From: the human T2T-CHM13v2.0 reference genome, Homo sapiens
NCBI RefSeq assembly: GCF_009914755.1
Contig: NC_060938.1
Strand: one strand, 5' to 3'
Length of the DNA stretch: 64,000 nt
Positions 53,437 through 64,000 of this stretch are shown here, piece after piece. Under the pieces are notes generated by a model. The model saw nothing but the letters and a program-made list of their open reading frames with translations. It ran no database searches and was not told the DNA's origin. The position numbers and the translations under genes are program-made. Each line of letters starts with the position of its first letter. Positions within the stretch are counted from its first letter, which is position 1.

Positions 53437-53873
53437 CATTCCCACTGTAGCAGAGGGAGCTGGGATCAGGACAGCCTCAGCTGCATTTTCACTGCCCCAG
53501 AGGGAGCTGGGCTCAGGACGGCCTTAGCTGGGCGTTCCCACGACAGCAGAGGGAGCTGGGCTCAAGACAGCCTCAGCTGGGCGTTCCCCCTACGGCAGAG
53601 GGAGCTGGGATCAGGACAGCCTCAGCCCGGCGTTCCTCCTGCTACAGAGGGAGCTGGGCTCAGGACAGCCTCAGCTGGGTGTTCCCACTACAGCAGAGAG
53701 AGCTGGGCTCAGGACAGCCTCAGCTGGGTGTTTTCACTGCCACAGAGGGAGCTGGGCTCAGGACAGCCTCAGCTGGGCATTCCCACTGCAGCAGAGAGAG
53801 CTGGGCTCAGGACAGCCTCAGCTGGGCGTTTTCACTACCACAGAGGGAGCTGGGCTCAGGACAGCCTCAGCTG
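53437..53873. repeat. Minisatellite, 49-bp unit x9
   Basis: CAGAG(G/A)GAGC at 53451, 53498, 53547, 53596, 53645, 53694, 53743, 53792 and 53841. Confidence 0.97.
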
Positions 53874-55824
53874 ACAGGGGTGCAGCCCTGAGCCCCGGAG
53901 ACGCCTGGAGAACCTTTGGACCCATTTCCACCACAAGCCCTGGTGCTGCAGTCGGCCAGCCTGCACGAATTTCCCCCCGGGCTGTATGCCAGACAGGGGA
54001 AGGGCCAGCCTCCAGGCCTCTGCGCAAGAGGGCCACGGCCAACTCCCACCCCCTGGGCCAACGCTGGCCTCTCTTGTGCCTGGGGTCCTTCTGCTTCAAC
54101 CAGCTGTGGACCCCACCCCCATCTCCCCCACCCACCGGCCCTTTCTTCTCTGGCCCAGGTCAGCCTAGGGCCTCCACACCCTCCAGCCCCACCCCCGACC
54201 CTGCCTGGAGCCATGTATGAGGCCATGCTGAGGCCCAGGGCTCTCCGCACTCCAGCCAGACCATGGTCCAGGGAGAGCTGGGAGTCTAGGCCAGCACCAC
54301 GTGGCCATGACCAGAGTAGCCACAATCTCCAGCCCCTGCAGCCTCCACTCCCACGTGCCGCCCTACTCCACCCCGGCCACCTTCCAGGACCACCCCAAGG
54401 AAACAGCCCAGCCCAGCCAGCTCGCTGGACTTTCCCAGCGCTCAGGAGTGCCCAGCCACTGGACATGCTCCGCCCTCCCGCTGAATGACAGCTGGCCTTA
54501 GTTGCTGTGTTCCCGGGGCACTGCTCAGGGTGGGTGCACCACAAAGATCTGGGGAGGGTGGGGCATCCGATCATTCCCAGCTCCCGGGGAGAGATGAGGG
54601 TGTGGCGGAGGTCACCTGGCTGAACAGTGACAGAGCTGGGCCCAAACCTGGGCACCACGTCATTGGCACCACTGCCCGTGGGCACATGTGCCCACCTGCC
54701 GGCTGCAGGCAGGCCTGACACAACTGGGCTCTTCCCTGGCACTGCCTGGCACAGGCACTGGGGACCCTCCGCGGACCCGGCAGCTCAGCACTCCCCTGGG
54801 CCAGCCTTATCTTGCCCTGCAGAGCCCAGGCTGGAGTGAGGCGCAATGGACGGAGGCGAGGAGGGTGCAGCCGAGCCCTATCAGATACGGCCGGAAATAT
54901 GACCCCGCTGGGACCTGAGCCCTGAGCCGAGCCATCAGCTCACTAATAAATTACCCAGAGCGAATGTCCACAGGGTCAGCCCGCATCGCCTTTCCAGGGA
55001 GCACAGAGAGGGGGCGGCACCCAAGGTCTGTGGGCTGACCGTTCCCTCCCCTCTGTCAATGAGAAGGGTCAGGAAGGAGTTGTCCCGGAGCCCCCCGACC
55101 TCGGGCAGTGCAGCCTGACCTCTGAAATCTGGGAGGAGCAGCTCCAGCCCTGGGAAGCCAAGGATAAGCGCCCAGATTGGGCACAGGCGGGAGAGGGTCT
55201 TGTCTGGCTACAGGACCTCACTCTTCCCAGGAAGCCAGACTGCCAGCAGGACCACCCAGCCTTCCTCAGTGCTCTCCCTGGAACAAGCGTCAGCGAGCCA
55301 AGGCCCTCCTGCCAATCTGGCCCACCCCGTTTGTGTAGACACAGAGCGCACTGTGTGCCATATGGCCCTGTAAGAGAAAAGTTTGCTCCCCCATGCCCTG
55401 TACTGAAGACGGCAGTGAGGGGAGGGCCGGTCTGCTGAACCCCATCCCAGTGGCTGCGTTGCTCATGCTCTGACGGTGGGTTCCAGGACTCTGTGTCCAT
55501 GCAGCCCCACGGCTGGCCCTGAGCAGTCACCCTCTGTGCACACTGTCCCCCAGCCTGGCACACCCTGGGCTCCCAGGGGTCCTGTAGCTTTACCCAAGGG
55601 AGATGCACCCCCATTCCTAATGGAGAAACACGGGTCTCTCCACACCTCCTCCAGCAGTCCCCTGAAACAGGTCAAAGCCCCACAAACCAGGCAGGGGTCT
55701 GCCCACATGTGGTGGTGCCCTGCGCCAGTGATGCCCTCACCAGCCTCTTTCAGACCTGCCTTTACATGCACCAGCAGACGGGGGGGCTGGCGAGGACGGG
55801 CCACCAAGCCTGAGCCAGGCTACC

Positions 55825-55900
55825 ACCTCCGGGCTGTGTGACTCTGGACAGGGTGCCTCAACTCTCTGAGCTGCACTTTCACCTACAAATGAGGGGCAGA
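55825..55900. mobile_element. MIR fragment
   Basis: GGCTGTGTGACTCTGGACAGG...CAACTCTCTGAGCTGCACTTTCACCTACAAATGAGG. Confidence 0.6.
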
Positions 55901-56839
55901 CTCAGCAGCGCCAGGCAGGGCAGTTGGACGCCCACCCAGGACAGACCCTGAGAAAGGCTGATCCCTCACCCCTGCCATCGCTCACTGACCCATACATTGC
56001 CCCTTCCTGCCAGGGCAATATCGAGGGTCGGCCAGTGTGCCCCAAAACGGCAGCTTGGGACCCATTCTTTGCCTCTCCCTCTGGCAACCCCAGGTCAGGA
56101 CTCACAGGGGCACAGGGGCCTGGGGCAGGGCGGGCACTCTCGCCACCACGGAGGCCCCATGCTGGGTCAGGGTCTTATTGGAGGCTGGACTCTGTGATCA
56201 CCTCACCTCCCGCAGCCCCACAGTGCCCTCCCTCTCCCACTCTGCCCCGAATTCCAATCCATAGGTTTTTCCAAGAGCTGCACAGCTCTGGAATTGACCT
56301 GGGAGGGGGCACATTTGGGCCGGGAGGGGTAGGAACAGCAGCAAACTCTGGTCTTATCTGAAATCATGGTCTGTTGTCCACCGGGGGCCTGGGAAACAGC
56401 CACCCCCTTCTGCTCCGGGGCCAGCGGCCTGTCCTCGGGTTCACTGCTATTTCTGCCAAAGGGGAGAGGTAATTATAGCCTGGCCGCTGCCAGCTGGCCC
56501 AGCTTTGCGATCCAGCAGAGAGGGCTGGAGACGGGACGAAGGCCACAACAGACCCGGCCCTGCCAGCGGGCGGTGGCGCCTCCAGATCAGAGCCCTCGGG
56601 AAGGAGGCCTGGGCGGGCCTGGCCCGTTCACCTGTGTGCCCTGCAGTTCTGCCCGAGGCTCAACTCTCAAGGGCCTGGGAGGGGTGCTGCCGGCCAAGAG
56701 GGTCCAGGACCTCACTGGACTGTGCCCCACAGGGAGATCCCGAAGAGCCTGTTTCTGTCCCTCGGGGAGCCAGGAGGGAACCAGGTGAGTTCCAGCCCCA
56801 GGGAGAGGGGGCTCACTTCCTGCTTGGGTATGAAGATGC

Positions 56840-57003
56840 CAGAGCGGAGAGATTGCCAAAGGCAGGTGCAGGTGGGGAACCTGCCCCAGCTGGGCAGCAG
56901 GTGTGGGCAGAGACTGGGCAGAGCGGAGAGATTGCCAAAGGCAGGTGCAGGTGGGGAACCTGCCCCAGCTGGGCAGCAGGTGTGGGCAGAGACTGGGCAG
57001 AGC
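56840..57003. repeat. Perfect tandem duplication, 79 bp x2
   Basis: CAGAGC starts at 56840, 56919 and 56998. The two units are identical. Confidence 0.95.
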
Positions 57004-58415
57004 ACACACTGATGATCCTGAGTGACCTGAACAAGCTCCAGAGTGGCCACCCTTCCCCCTTCTCCTGGGACTGATGGTTTCCCTAAAACGGAGACAGTCC
57101 CAGGCCGGCCCTGTGTCCACACTGAGGCCAGGCCGCCTCTGGGGGAAGCAGGGAACACGGCCACTTCAAACTTAGCAGCGGGGGTGCTCCTGGCCACACA
57201 GGAGCTTCCAAAGGGCACCTGATGTTGCGCGAAACAGCCTGGGCAGTGGGAGAAGGGGCTGCACTCTCAGGGGAATGCAGGCAGCCGTGCCAGGCATGAA
57301 CCCAGCCAGCCTTCCCTGAAGGGCCTTGGTGGGGGGCATCCTCCGAGGGCAAGTCTACGCAGGCCCAGCCTAGCAGGAATGGATTCGTTACTCCAGTAAC
57401 TGAAGCCTAGTTCTCAGTGTTTGGGAATCCCTGAGAACTGGCTCTTTTCTGAGCCGTCAGTCAGAAGGAATCCCTGTCCTGCCCTGTGTGGCCATGGGAC
57501 CCCCACCCAGCACTGGACGCCACGCCATTTCTTGGGCACTACTGAGCTTTGCAGTGCCCTGGACAGTTGGCAAACAGCCCCCATTCCACATATGGGAGGA
57601 AGGGCCTGGGGGGGTCCCCCGCCCTGTCTGTCTGGAGCTCTCGAGGCCTAGGGTGGCCCCTGCACCCAGCAGATGAGCAGCCATCACCCGGTACTGCTGC
57701 TACCTCGAGCCCTAACTGCACCTCGGGATGTGAGGGCCCATCTAGGCATGGAGAGGGGCCTCAGGGGGCCACCAGGCAGCTCCTGCTCCTGTTCCTACCT
57801 GGTAGGGCCTGCAGGCACCTGAGCAAGCCCAGTGGGCGGTCAGCCCAGCCAGGGGCCTCCCCACAAGTTCTCCCTCTTACTTAAGTCGAGAACGCATGTT
57901 GTCTGGGGAGCTGCCAGCGTGGTTCCAGTGGTGAGCGTTGGGCTGGGAGCCAAGGCTTTTCCCAGGAGCCCAGCCACCCCGCCTGGCTGTGTTCTGCCTC
58001 CGCCCTGCAGAGGAAAGGCCAGCGAGGCAGTGTCCATGGTCCCAGTCTTCTTCCACCGGAAGAAGGCACAACCTGCATCTGCAGCCCCAGGGCCATTGGG
58101 TTAGGCCTGTGGCCAAACTACTAAGGTGCTGGGAGACTGAGGAGGCCCAGCTCCTCCTGGGGCCACCAAGCCCGTGGTTGACGGCCTCCCCATGGACCGG
58201 GCTGTCCCGAGAGCAGCAAGTCAGCCGGGGCCCTCAGGGCCGCTGAGGCCACTGCTCAGTGTCGCCGTAATGGAAACTTCTCAGCTGGTTGTGAGCCGCA
58301 ACAGCTCTGGTTCACACCCTGCGACAGCGAGGCTGTGACCGCCAGTGGATCTCGGGGCTGATCAGGCCTGAGCCACCCCGGAGGTACAGCACCAGCAGGA
58401 GCCCAGGTGGGCAGG

Positions 58416-58418
<3 letters not shown>

Positions 58419-58449
<31 letters not shown>

Positions 58450-58465
58450 GTATGTGTGTGTGTGT
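58419..58465. repeat. Compound (AG)n(TG)n microsatellite
   Basis: Seen directly. Confidence 0.95.
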
Positions 58466-58681
58466 AAGTGGTGGGGGTGGGGGCTGTGAGTCTCCAGCTT
58501 CTCCCAGGGAGGTCTCTGGCTTCCCAGGAGCCTGGCCCCCTGTCTCCAGCTCCCAAGTGAGTTGCCCTGGGGGAGGCTGCACCTGGAACAGGGAAACAGG
58601 GAGCCTGGCCCCAGCCTGCACTCGCTCAGGCCCCGGGACCCTCTGCCCCTGGAAGGCTGTGAGGCTGCCGTGTGAATGGGT

Positions 58682-58801
58682 GCAGTGCCAGGCGAGGGGT
58701 GAGCCGGGAGTGTGGGGCCGCACGCTCAGAGCCGAGGAAGGGCAGTGCCAGGCGAGGGGTGAGCCGGGAGTGTGGGGCCGCACGCTCAGAGCCGAGGAAG
58801 G
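58682..58801. repeat. Perfect tandem duplication, 60 bp x2
   Basis: Lines 58681 and 58741 are identical apart from the first base. Confidence 0.97.
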
Positions 58802-59719
58802 ACCTCCCATGTGGGGTGGGTGGGATGTCAGGATTTCTCACGAGCCAGCTGCTGCATGGGGGGCACTGCCCGCCCCGAGGAACCCTCAGGGAGGACAGAG
58901 AAACATCAGGAGGTGGGCTGTGGGCAAAAGGGCGGGCGGCACGGGCCAGGCAGAGGCAGCAGCCTGGGAGGAGGCGGGAAGCCAGCGGGCGGCGTCCTGG
59001 AGGACGGGGCAGGAGTGGGAGGGAGCAGCAGTGGCTGGGCCCCAGAGCTTGGCGTTATCCAAGCCACAGAACCAGGCAAGAACCACTGGCCCGCCCCCAC
59101 GCCCCACTGCAGGCTGGTCTCGAGGGGGAGGGACTCGGCACTGCCACGGCCGCTGGGCTCCATCAGTGCCCTCACGTCTCTCAGCAGCTTCAAGATGAGG
59201 TGGGGTCTTTGGGGTACTGGGCTAGACCCCCAAAGACTGTTGGAGGGTCACACCCCAGACCAAGGTCCTGGGCCTCAGCCCTCATGGCCCCACCTCCCAC
59301 CAGCAGTACGGGCTGGTCATGCCCACAACTGGGAGCTCCGGGCCCTGACTCCCGCCTCTGTCCCAACCCAGGCTCTGAAACCTGGCAGGCTGTTCTCCCT
59401 CTCTGGGCCTCAGTTTCCCCTCCGCCAGGGAGCTCGGTGCCCCCTCTCAGTAGAGGAGCTGGTAAGAACCCCCCAGCCCCCCAGCACCAAGGGAGGCGCC
59501 ATGGGGTTCCTGTTCCCAGAGTGGGGGTAGAGTCCCCTCGGGTGGACGCGCCCTCCCCAGCAGCGGGCCTAGCGGGACACTTACAGGTCCAGGCTCTGAA
59601 GCTATTTTCCGCCCTTTATCTCCCATCTGTCACGAGGCCTCCAGTTACACACTGTCCCTGCCAGAGGCCCCAGGCCTCCCCGCCCCCACCTGCCGAGCAT
59701 GCCAGAGCCACTCCTTCCC

Positions 59720-59820
59720 TGCTTCCACTGGGGAAAATGAGGCCCAGGGAGGTCACACCACTTACCCGAGGTCACAGAGCCAAAGAAGGACAGAGCCCAG
59801 GACTTGAGCCAGACCTCTCT
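59720..59820. mobile_element. MIR fragment
   Basis: GGGGAAAATGAGGCCCAGGGAGG...CTTACCCGAGGTCACAGAGC...CAGGACTTGAGCCAG. Confidence 0.65.
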
Positions 59821-59861
59821 TCCAGAAGGGGAAGCGTGAAGCCCAGTTAGGGAGGGGATGG

Positions 59862-60077
59862 CAGGGCTCAGGGAGGCTGTCTGGGAGCAGAGCATGGCCC
59901 ACGTGAAGGTGCATCTCTGGAGAGGGGACCGCGGAGCTCAGGGAGGCTGCCTGGGAGCAGAGCGTGGCCCACGTGAAGGTGCATCTCTGGAGAGGGGACC
60001 TCAGGGCTCAGGGAGGCTGCCTGGGAGCAGAGCGTGGCCCAGGGGAAGGTGCATCTCTGGAGAGGGCCCCAGGGCTC
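59862..60077. repeat. Minisatellite, 70-bp unit x3
   Basis: GCTCA ends at 59870, 59940 and 60010. The unit includes CACGTGAAGGTGCATCTCTGGAGAGGG. Confidence 0.93.
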
Positions 60078-60277
60078 CCGGAGGGGAGGTGTCATCCCAT
60101 AGGAAGTCCTGACTGTCCAGACACAGCCAGAGCCACCTGAGCTCTGTTCCTGGGCACATTCCCTCCCCGAGTGATGCCAACAGTGGCTGATGGCACAGAG
60201 CACAGGCTTGGTGCGGACTCGGGTCTGTGCACTGACTCCCACCCTCACGCGAGCCCGCAGAGGCTGCTGCTCTCCTC

Positions 60278-60355
60278 ACCCCCATTTCACAGCTGAGCAG
60301 ACCAACGCCCAGGCAGATTAGGAGACTTGCCTAAGGTCACACGTGGTCACACAAG
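60278..60355. mobile_element. MIR fragment
   Basis: CCCCATTTCACAGCTGAG...GACTTGCCTAAGGTCACAC. Confidence 0.65.
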
Positions 60356-60509
60356 GTGCTCTGGAGCCCACACCTGAAGAGGGGGAGGTGCTGTCCCGTA
60401 GGAAGTCCTGACTGTCCACATTCCGGCAGAACTCTGTGCCCCAGAAGGCGAAGTCGCGTCCTCCCCAAGTTATGCTGCTCAGCAACAGATGGTTAATGCC
60501 ACAGCCAGG

Positions 60510-60832
60510 CACCCTCACAAACACACTGCCTACGCCTGCACATTCACATACACTCTACACAAACACACACACATTCACCCACACATACGCAGATACACTC
60601 ACACACACACACGGGCACATGCATGGACACACACACACATGCATATTCACATGCACGCACAGAAATACAAGTACACATATGCACACATAGCCACACCTCC
60701 ATGCACACATTCACACACACAGACACCCCACACGTGCACACTCATGCCCTCTGACACACGTGCCCACTCTCACACTTGCACACTCAGGGGAATACTCACA
60801 CATGTGTGCACTCACACACGTGCACACACACA
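60510..60832. repeat. Degenerate (CA)n tract
   Basis: Seen directly. Confidence 0.93.
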
Positions 60833-61519
60833 CTGTTTTCCCACCATCCCTTGGACAGACCCCAGGCCAAGGAGGGGTGAATAGCGAGAGCTGCTGGCAG
60901 GAGCTGGGGGAGACTGCGTCCAGCCCTGCATCCCTGCGTGACTCCGTCGGCCCAAGCCTCTCCAGGCCTGTTTCCCCATGAGGAGTGAACCTGGCTGGGC
61001 CCCCTGGAATGCTGCTGCAGGGTCGCCTGGCAAGGGGCTGTGGCCCTGGGCACGCCAGCCAGCCCCAGGCCGTGCAGCCCCAGGAAATGACCCCGAATGC
61101 ACAAGCCTCCTTCCGCCGGGCAGTGGGAGAGCCCGGGCTCTGGGTCCAAGAGGTCACTGGGGGGCTCTGCTCCACCCCCAACCCCACCCTGGGCTTTAGC
61201 AGAGTTTCTATCCCACCCAGGGTGGAAACTGAGTCAATGGCATCCAGAGAGCCCTTCCAGCCCCAGCCCTGCTACGGACAGGCAGTCAAGGTTGCCCTGC
61301 CAGGCAGCATCCCCAAAACACCAGGACAGGCCTGGCACTCTGTGGCTTCCCTAACCCTGGGGATCACGCAGAGCCCACATTCCAGGTGACCTGGCCCCAG
61401 GAGACGGGGCCCCAGCTCAGCTGGGCCTGCAAGCACAACCTCTCCCACAGCCACTCTCTGAGAGCAGGTCCTGAAGATAAGCCGCCCCTCCCCGCCACCC
61501 CCCTGGATGGCCGGCTCCT

Positions 61520-61700
61520 GCCACAACCCTATTTGCAATAAAAACCTGATCCGGCGATAGCAGAAAATTGCTCTCTTTTGAAATAATTGAACCCGTCCAG
61601 ACAGTGTCCTCCCAGACATCATTAACAGGGCACTCTGCTTGTCTGCAGTATTTATGCCCACTTGGGGAGGTGGTCATGGCCACCCTGTTATCTCCTGTAG
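61520..61700. promoter_or_regulatory. AT-rich candidate enhancer
   Basis: ATTTGCAATAAAAA at 61531-61544, TAATTG, CATTAA and TTTATG. Confidence 0.4.
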
Positions 61701-62369
61701 AGGACGGCACACGGCTGCTGGAGTCACTGCAGTATCCACCCAAACCACTCCTCCCACAGGCCTGCCCTGAACCTCTGAGGCACCCATCCCTTTGGGGGAC
61801 CCTGGAGGAGTTATCCTTGAGGACCATGTAGGCCCCTCACTCTCACCCTCCCCCTTCTCAGCCCTTGGGGGCAGGGTCCTTGGAGGACCACGGGGAGCCA
61901 GGGAAGCATCTCAGGAAATGCAAACACCTGCCCTGTGAGGGGCAGGGGCGGCAGTACCCTCCAAGGACCCCAGGGCAGGGGAGAACCTGAAGGGCAGCAG
62001 GAGGTCCCCACACTGCCCCCTATCCAGCTGGGAGCAGGGCAGGGAGGACCTGGCCTGGCATCAGCTCCCAGGGAAGCCCCAGCCCCCTCTGGCCTCAGTT
62101 TCCCGACCTGAAGCAAGAGAGGCAGGCTCATCACCCCCAGAGCCCTTGAAAGGCAGACACCTGCACCTGCACAGATGCCTGGTAGGCACTGCACCCCTCT
62201 GTAGGGAGGAGTGCCCAAAAGTCAAGAACCCTGCCAAGGCTGTGAGAGAAAATTCACACTTGGGGGGCTCCACCGGTGAGCACGAATGAGGAGAGCACAG
62301 CCTCTGCCGCCAAAGACACGGGGGTGGAGGCGAGGAGGCGCCATTCACAGCCAGGAAGCAACCAGCGCA

Positions 62370-62630
62370 ACAGAGGAGGGGACAGAGAGACAGAGATAGA
62401 GGTAGAGAGATAGAGAGAGAATCAGAGAGAGGAAGGGGGACAGAGACAGAAACAGGGAGATAGAGACAGAATTAGAGAGAGGCAGGGAGACAGAGATGGA
62501 GACAGAGAGAGAGACATAGAAAGATAGAGACAGAATCAGAGAGAGGCAGGGGGACAGAGAGATGGAGACAGAGAGATAGAGACACAGAATCGGCGGGGGC
62601 GCGGTGCAGAGAGAGACACAGAGAGAGAGT
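62370..62630. repeat. GA-rich (GAGACA/GAGATA) purine tract
   Basis: Seen directly. Confidence 0.93.
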
Positions 62631-62809
62631 GTGAGCCGTGCTGAGGGGTGGGCCCCCAGGAGCCCAGGGGCGCCCCACCAGCACCAGCCCAAAAAGGTGG
62701 GCATGACCCTCTGGGAAGCCTTTCTGTGGACCCGGTCTCAGAGCCCTGACAATTCCCAGTCCCCAGCCCCAGGGCTTCCCGCTACCGAAAGGAGACAAAG
62801 CAAAGATGT

Positions 62810-63170
62810 TTCTTGCAGCCTTATCCATGACCTCCAAACATTGCAAATGACAATACTAAAATGCAACCCTCATGAATACCCAATCATCGAGGGTGACTTT
62901 CAGTGACGGGACCTCGGCCCAGTGGAATATTATGCAGCCATTAAAGATGATAATTATGAAGACCGTGGCAGCAAAGGAAATTGCTTGCGATGGCATTTCT
63001 GAACGAGCAGGGAACAGGATTTACCTGCACTGGGGACACCACAGAGGAAAAGTGGTGTCTGCTCAACAGCGTGGCCGGTCGCAAGCCCGGGAAGCCAGCC
63101 TGGCTTCCAGGAAAGAATTTTCTCCTCCTCTTATTTTCATTCCTCTGAGTGCCACTTGTGCAGTAAATAA
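62810..63170 (+). mobile_element. L1ME-type 3' fragment
   Basis: CAGTGGAATATTATGCAGCCATTAAAGATGAT is a hallmark L1M 3' motif. Confidence 0.6.
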
Positions 63171-63211
63171 TAAATAACGTCTCTGCTTATCTTAGGACCA
63201 TGTTCCAGTAA

Positions 63212-63499
<288 letters not shown>

Positions 63500-64000
63500 T
63501 GAAGGATTTGGTCTGGCAGAGGAGATTGGAGGCCCCCAGGTGGGGCACAGCTTGGCAGAGGAAGTGGGAGCCATGGAGGGCTGTGGAAGAGGCAGCTCAG
63601 GGAGGAGGGTGTTGGAGGAGGGAAGAGGGTGGAGAGAGGACAGGTCAAGACTGTCACCAAGGGTCAGTGTTAGGGTTAGGGGCCCAGACCTCAGACCCTG
63701 AGGCTCCATCCAGCCTCTGAGGCACTGCCAGGCTGGGGCATGCCACAGGCACAGCAGGAGCTGGGCCAGACTCAGCATGGGCAGGCCTCACGCCCTCGCG
63801 GGGCAGCCTCGCCAGATGCCGAGCAGCAGGCTGTGTACAGCGAGCAATGCCCCAGCCAGGAACAACCTCAGAGCTGGCCCGGCTCCCAGGGTGCCTCAGC
63901 CCCAGTTGTCACCATGTCACAGACAAGGATGCTGAGGTTCACAGCAGCCCGAAACTCCCACTCCATCTTCCAGACTCAGGCTGGGCCCATACACGTGAGC

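Noticed and set aside
53437-53873. CRISPR-like appearance (constant hairpin repeat plus variable linker)
   Set aside because: The linkers are only ~16 bp and homologous to each other. There are no cas genes and the context is primate, so this is a minisatellite.
58407-59850. Overlapping 263-, 392- and 252-aa ORFs
   Set aside because: All three + frames are open in overlapping stretches that span tandem duplications and MIRs, with no domain signal.
63670-63681. TTAGGGTTAGGG interstitial telomeric repeat
   Set aside because: Only two units, which is compatible with chance.

Overview
Primate (very likely human) non-coding genomic DNA: it carries AluJ/AluS/AluY, THE1/MST, MER4-group and MER66-like LTRs, old L1M fragments and MIRs. 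No credible protein-coding exon, RNA gene or CRISPR array was found. The long ORFs in the track come from Alu, low-complexity or GC-rich sequence. The window has two compartments. About 1-19.9 kb is a dense, nested retroelement graveyard: L1 fragments interrupted by Alus and solo LTRs, several with readable target-site duplications (TSDs). About 19.9-64 kb is very GC-rich and Alu-poor (one full Alu). It holds many minisatellites and tandem duplications and is punctuated every few kb by short AT-rich, apparently non-repetitive islands carrying HOX/CDX, PBX-HOX, TCF/LEF, K50-homeodomain, GATA and ONECUT motifs. This pattern suggests the enhancer landscape (gene desert or large intron) of a developmental gene in a distal, high-recombination chromosome band. 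I cannot name the locus from sequence alone. The most notable observations are (1) the motif-coherent AT-island archipelago, (2) a 92-bp L1-derived VNTR that amplifies a TATAAA plus paired inverted E-box module, (3) related 23-bp AGCT/CTCAG switch-like minisatellites, and (4) a possible very ancient LINE ORF1-like relic near 20.4-20.8 kb. I do not see firm evidence of a new biological system. All repeat family names are recalled by eye and need RepeatMasker/Dfam confirmation.
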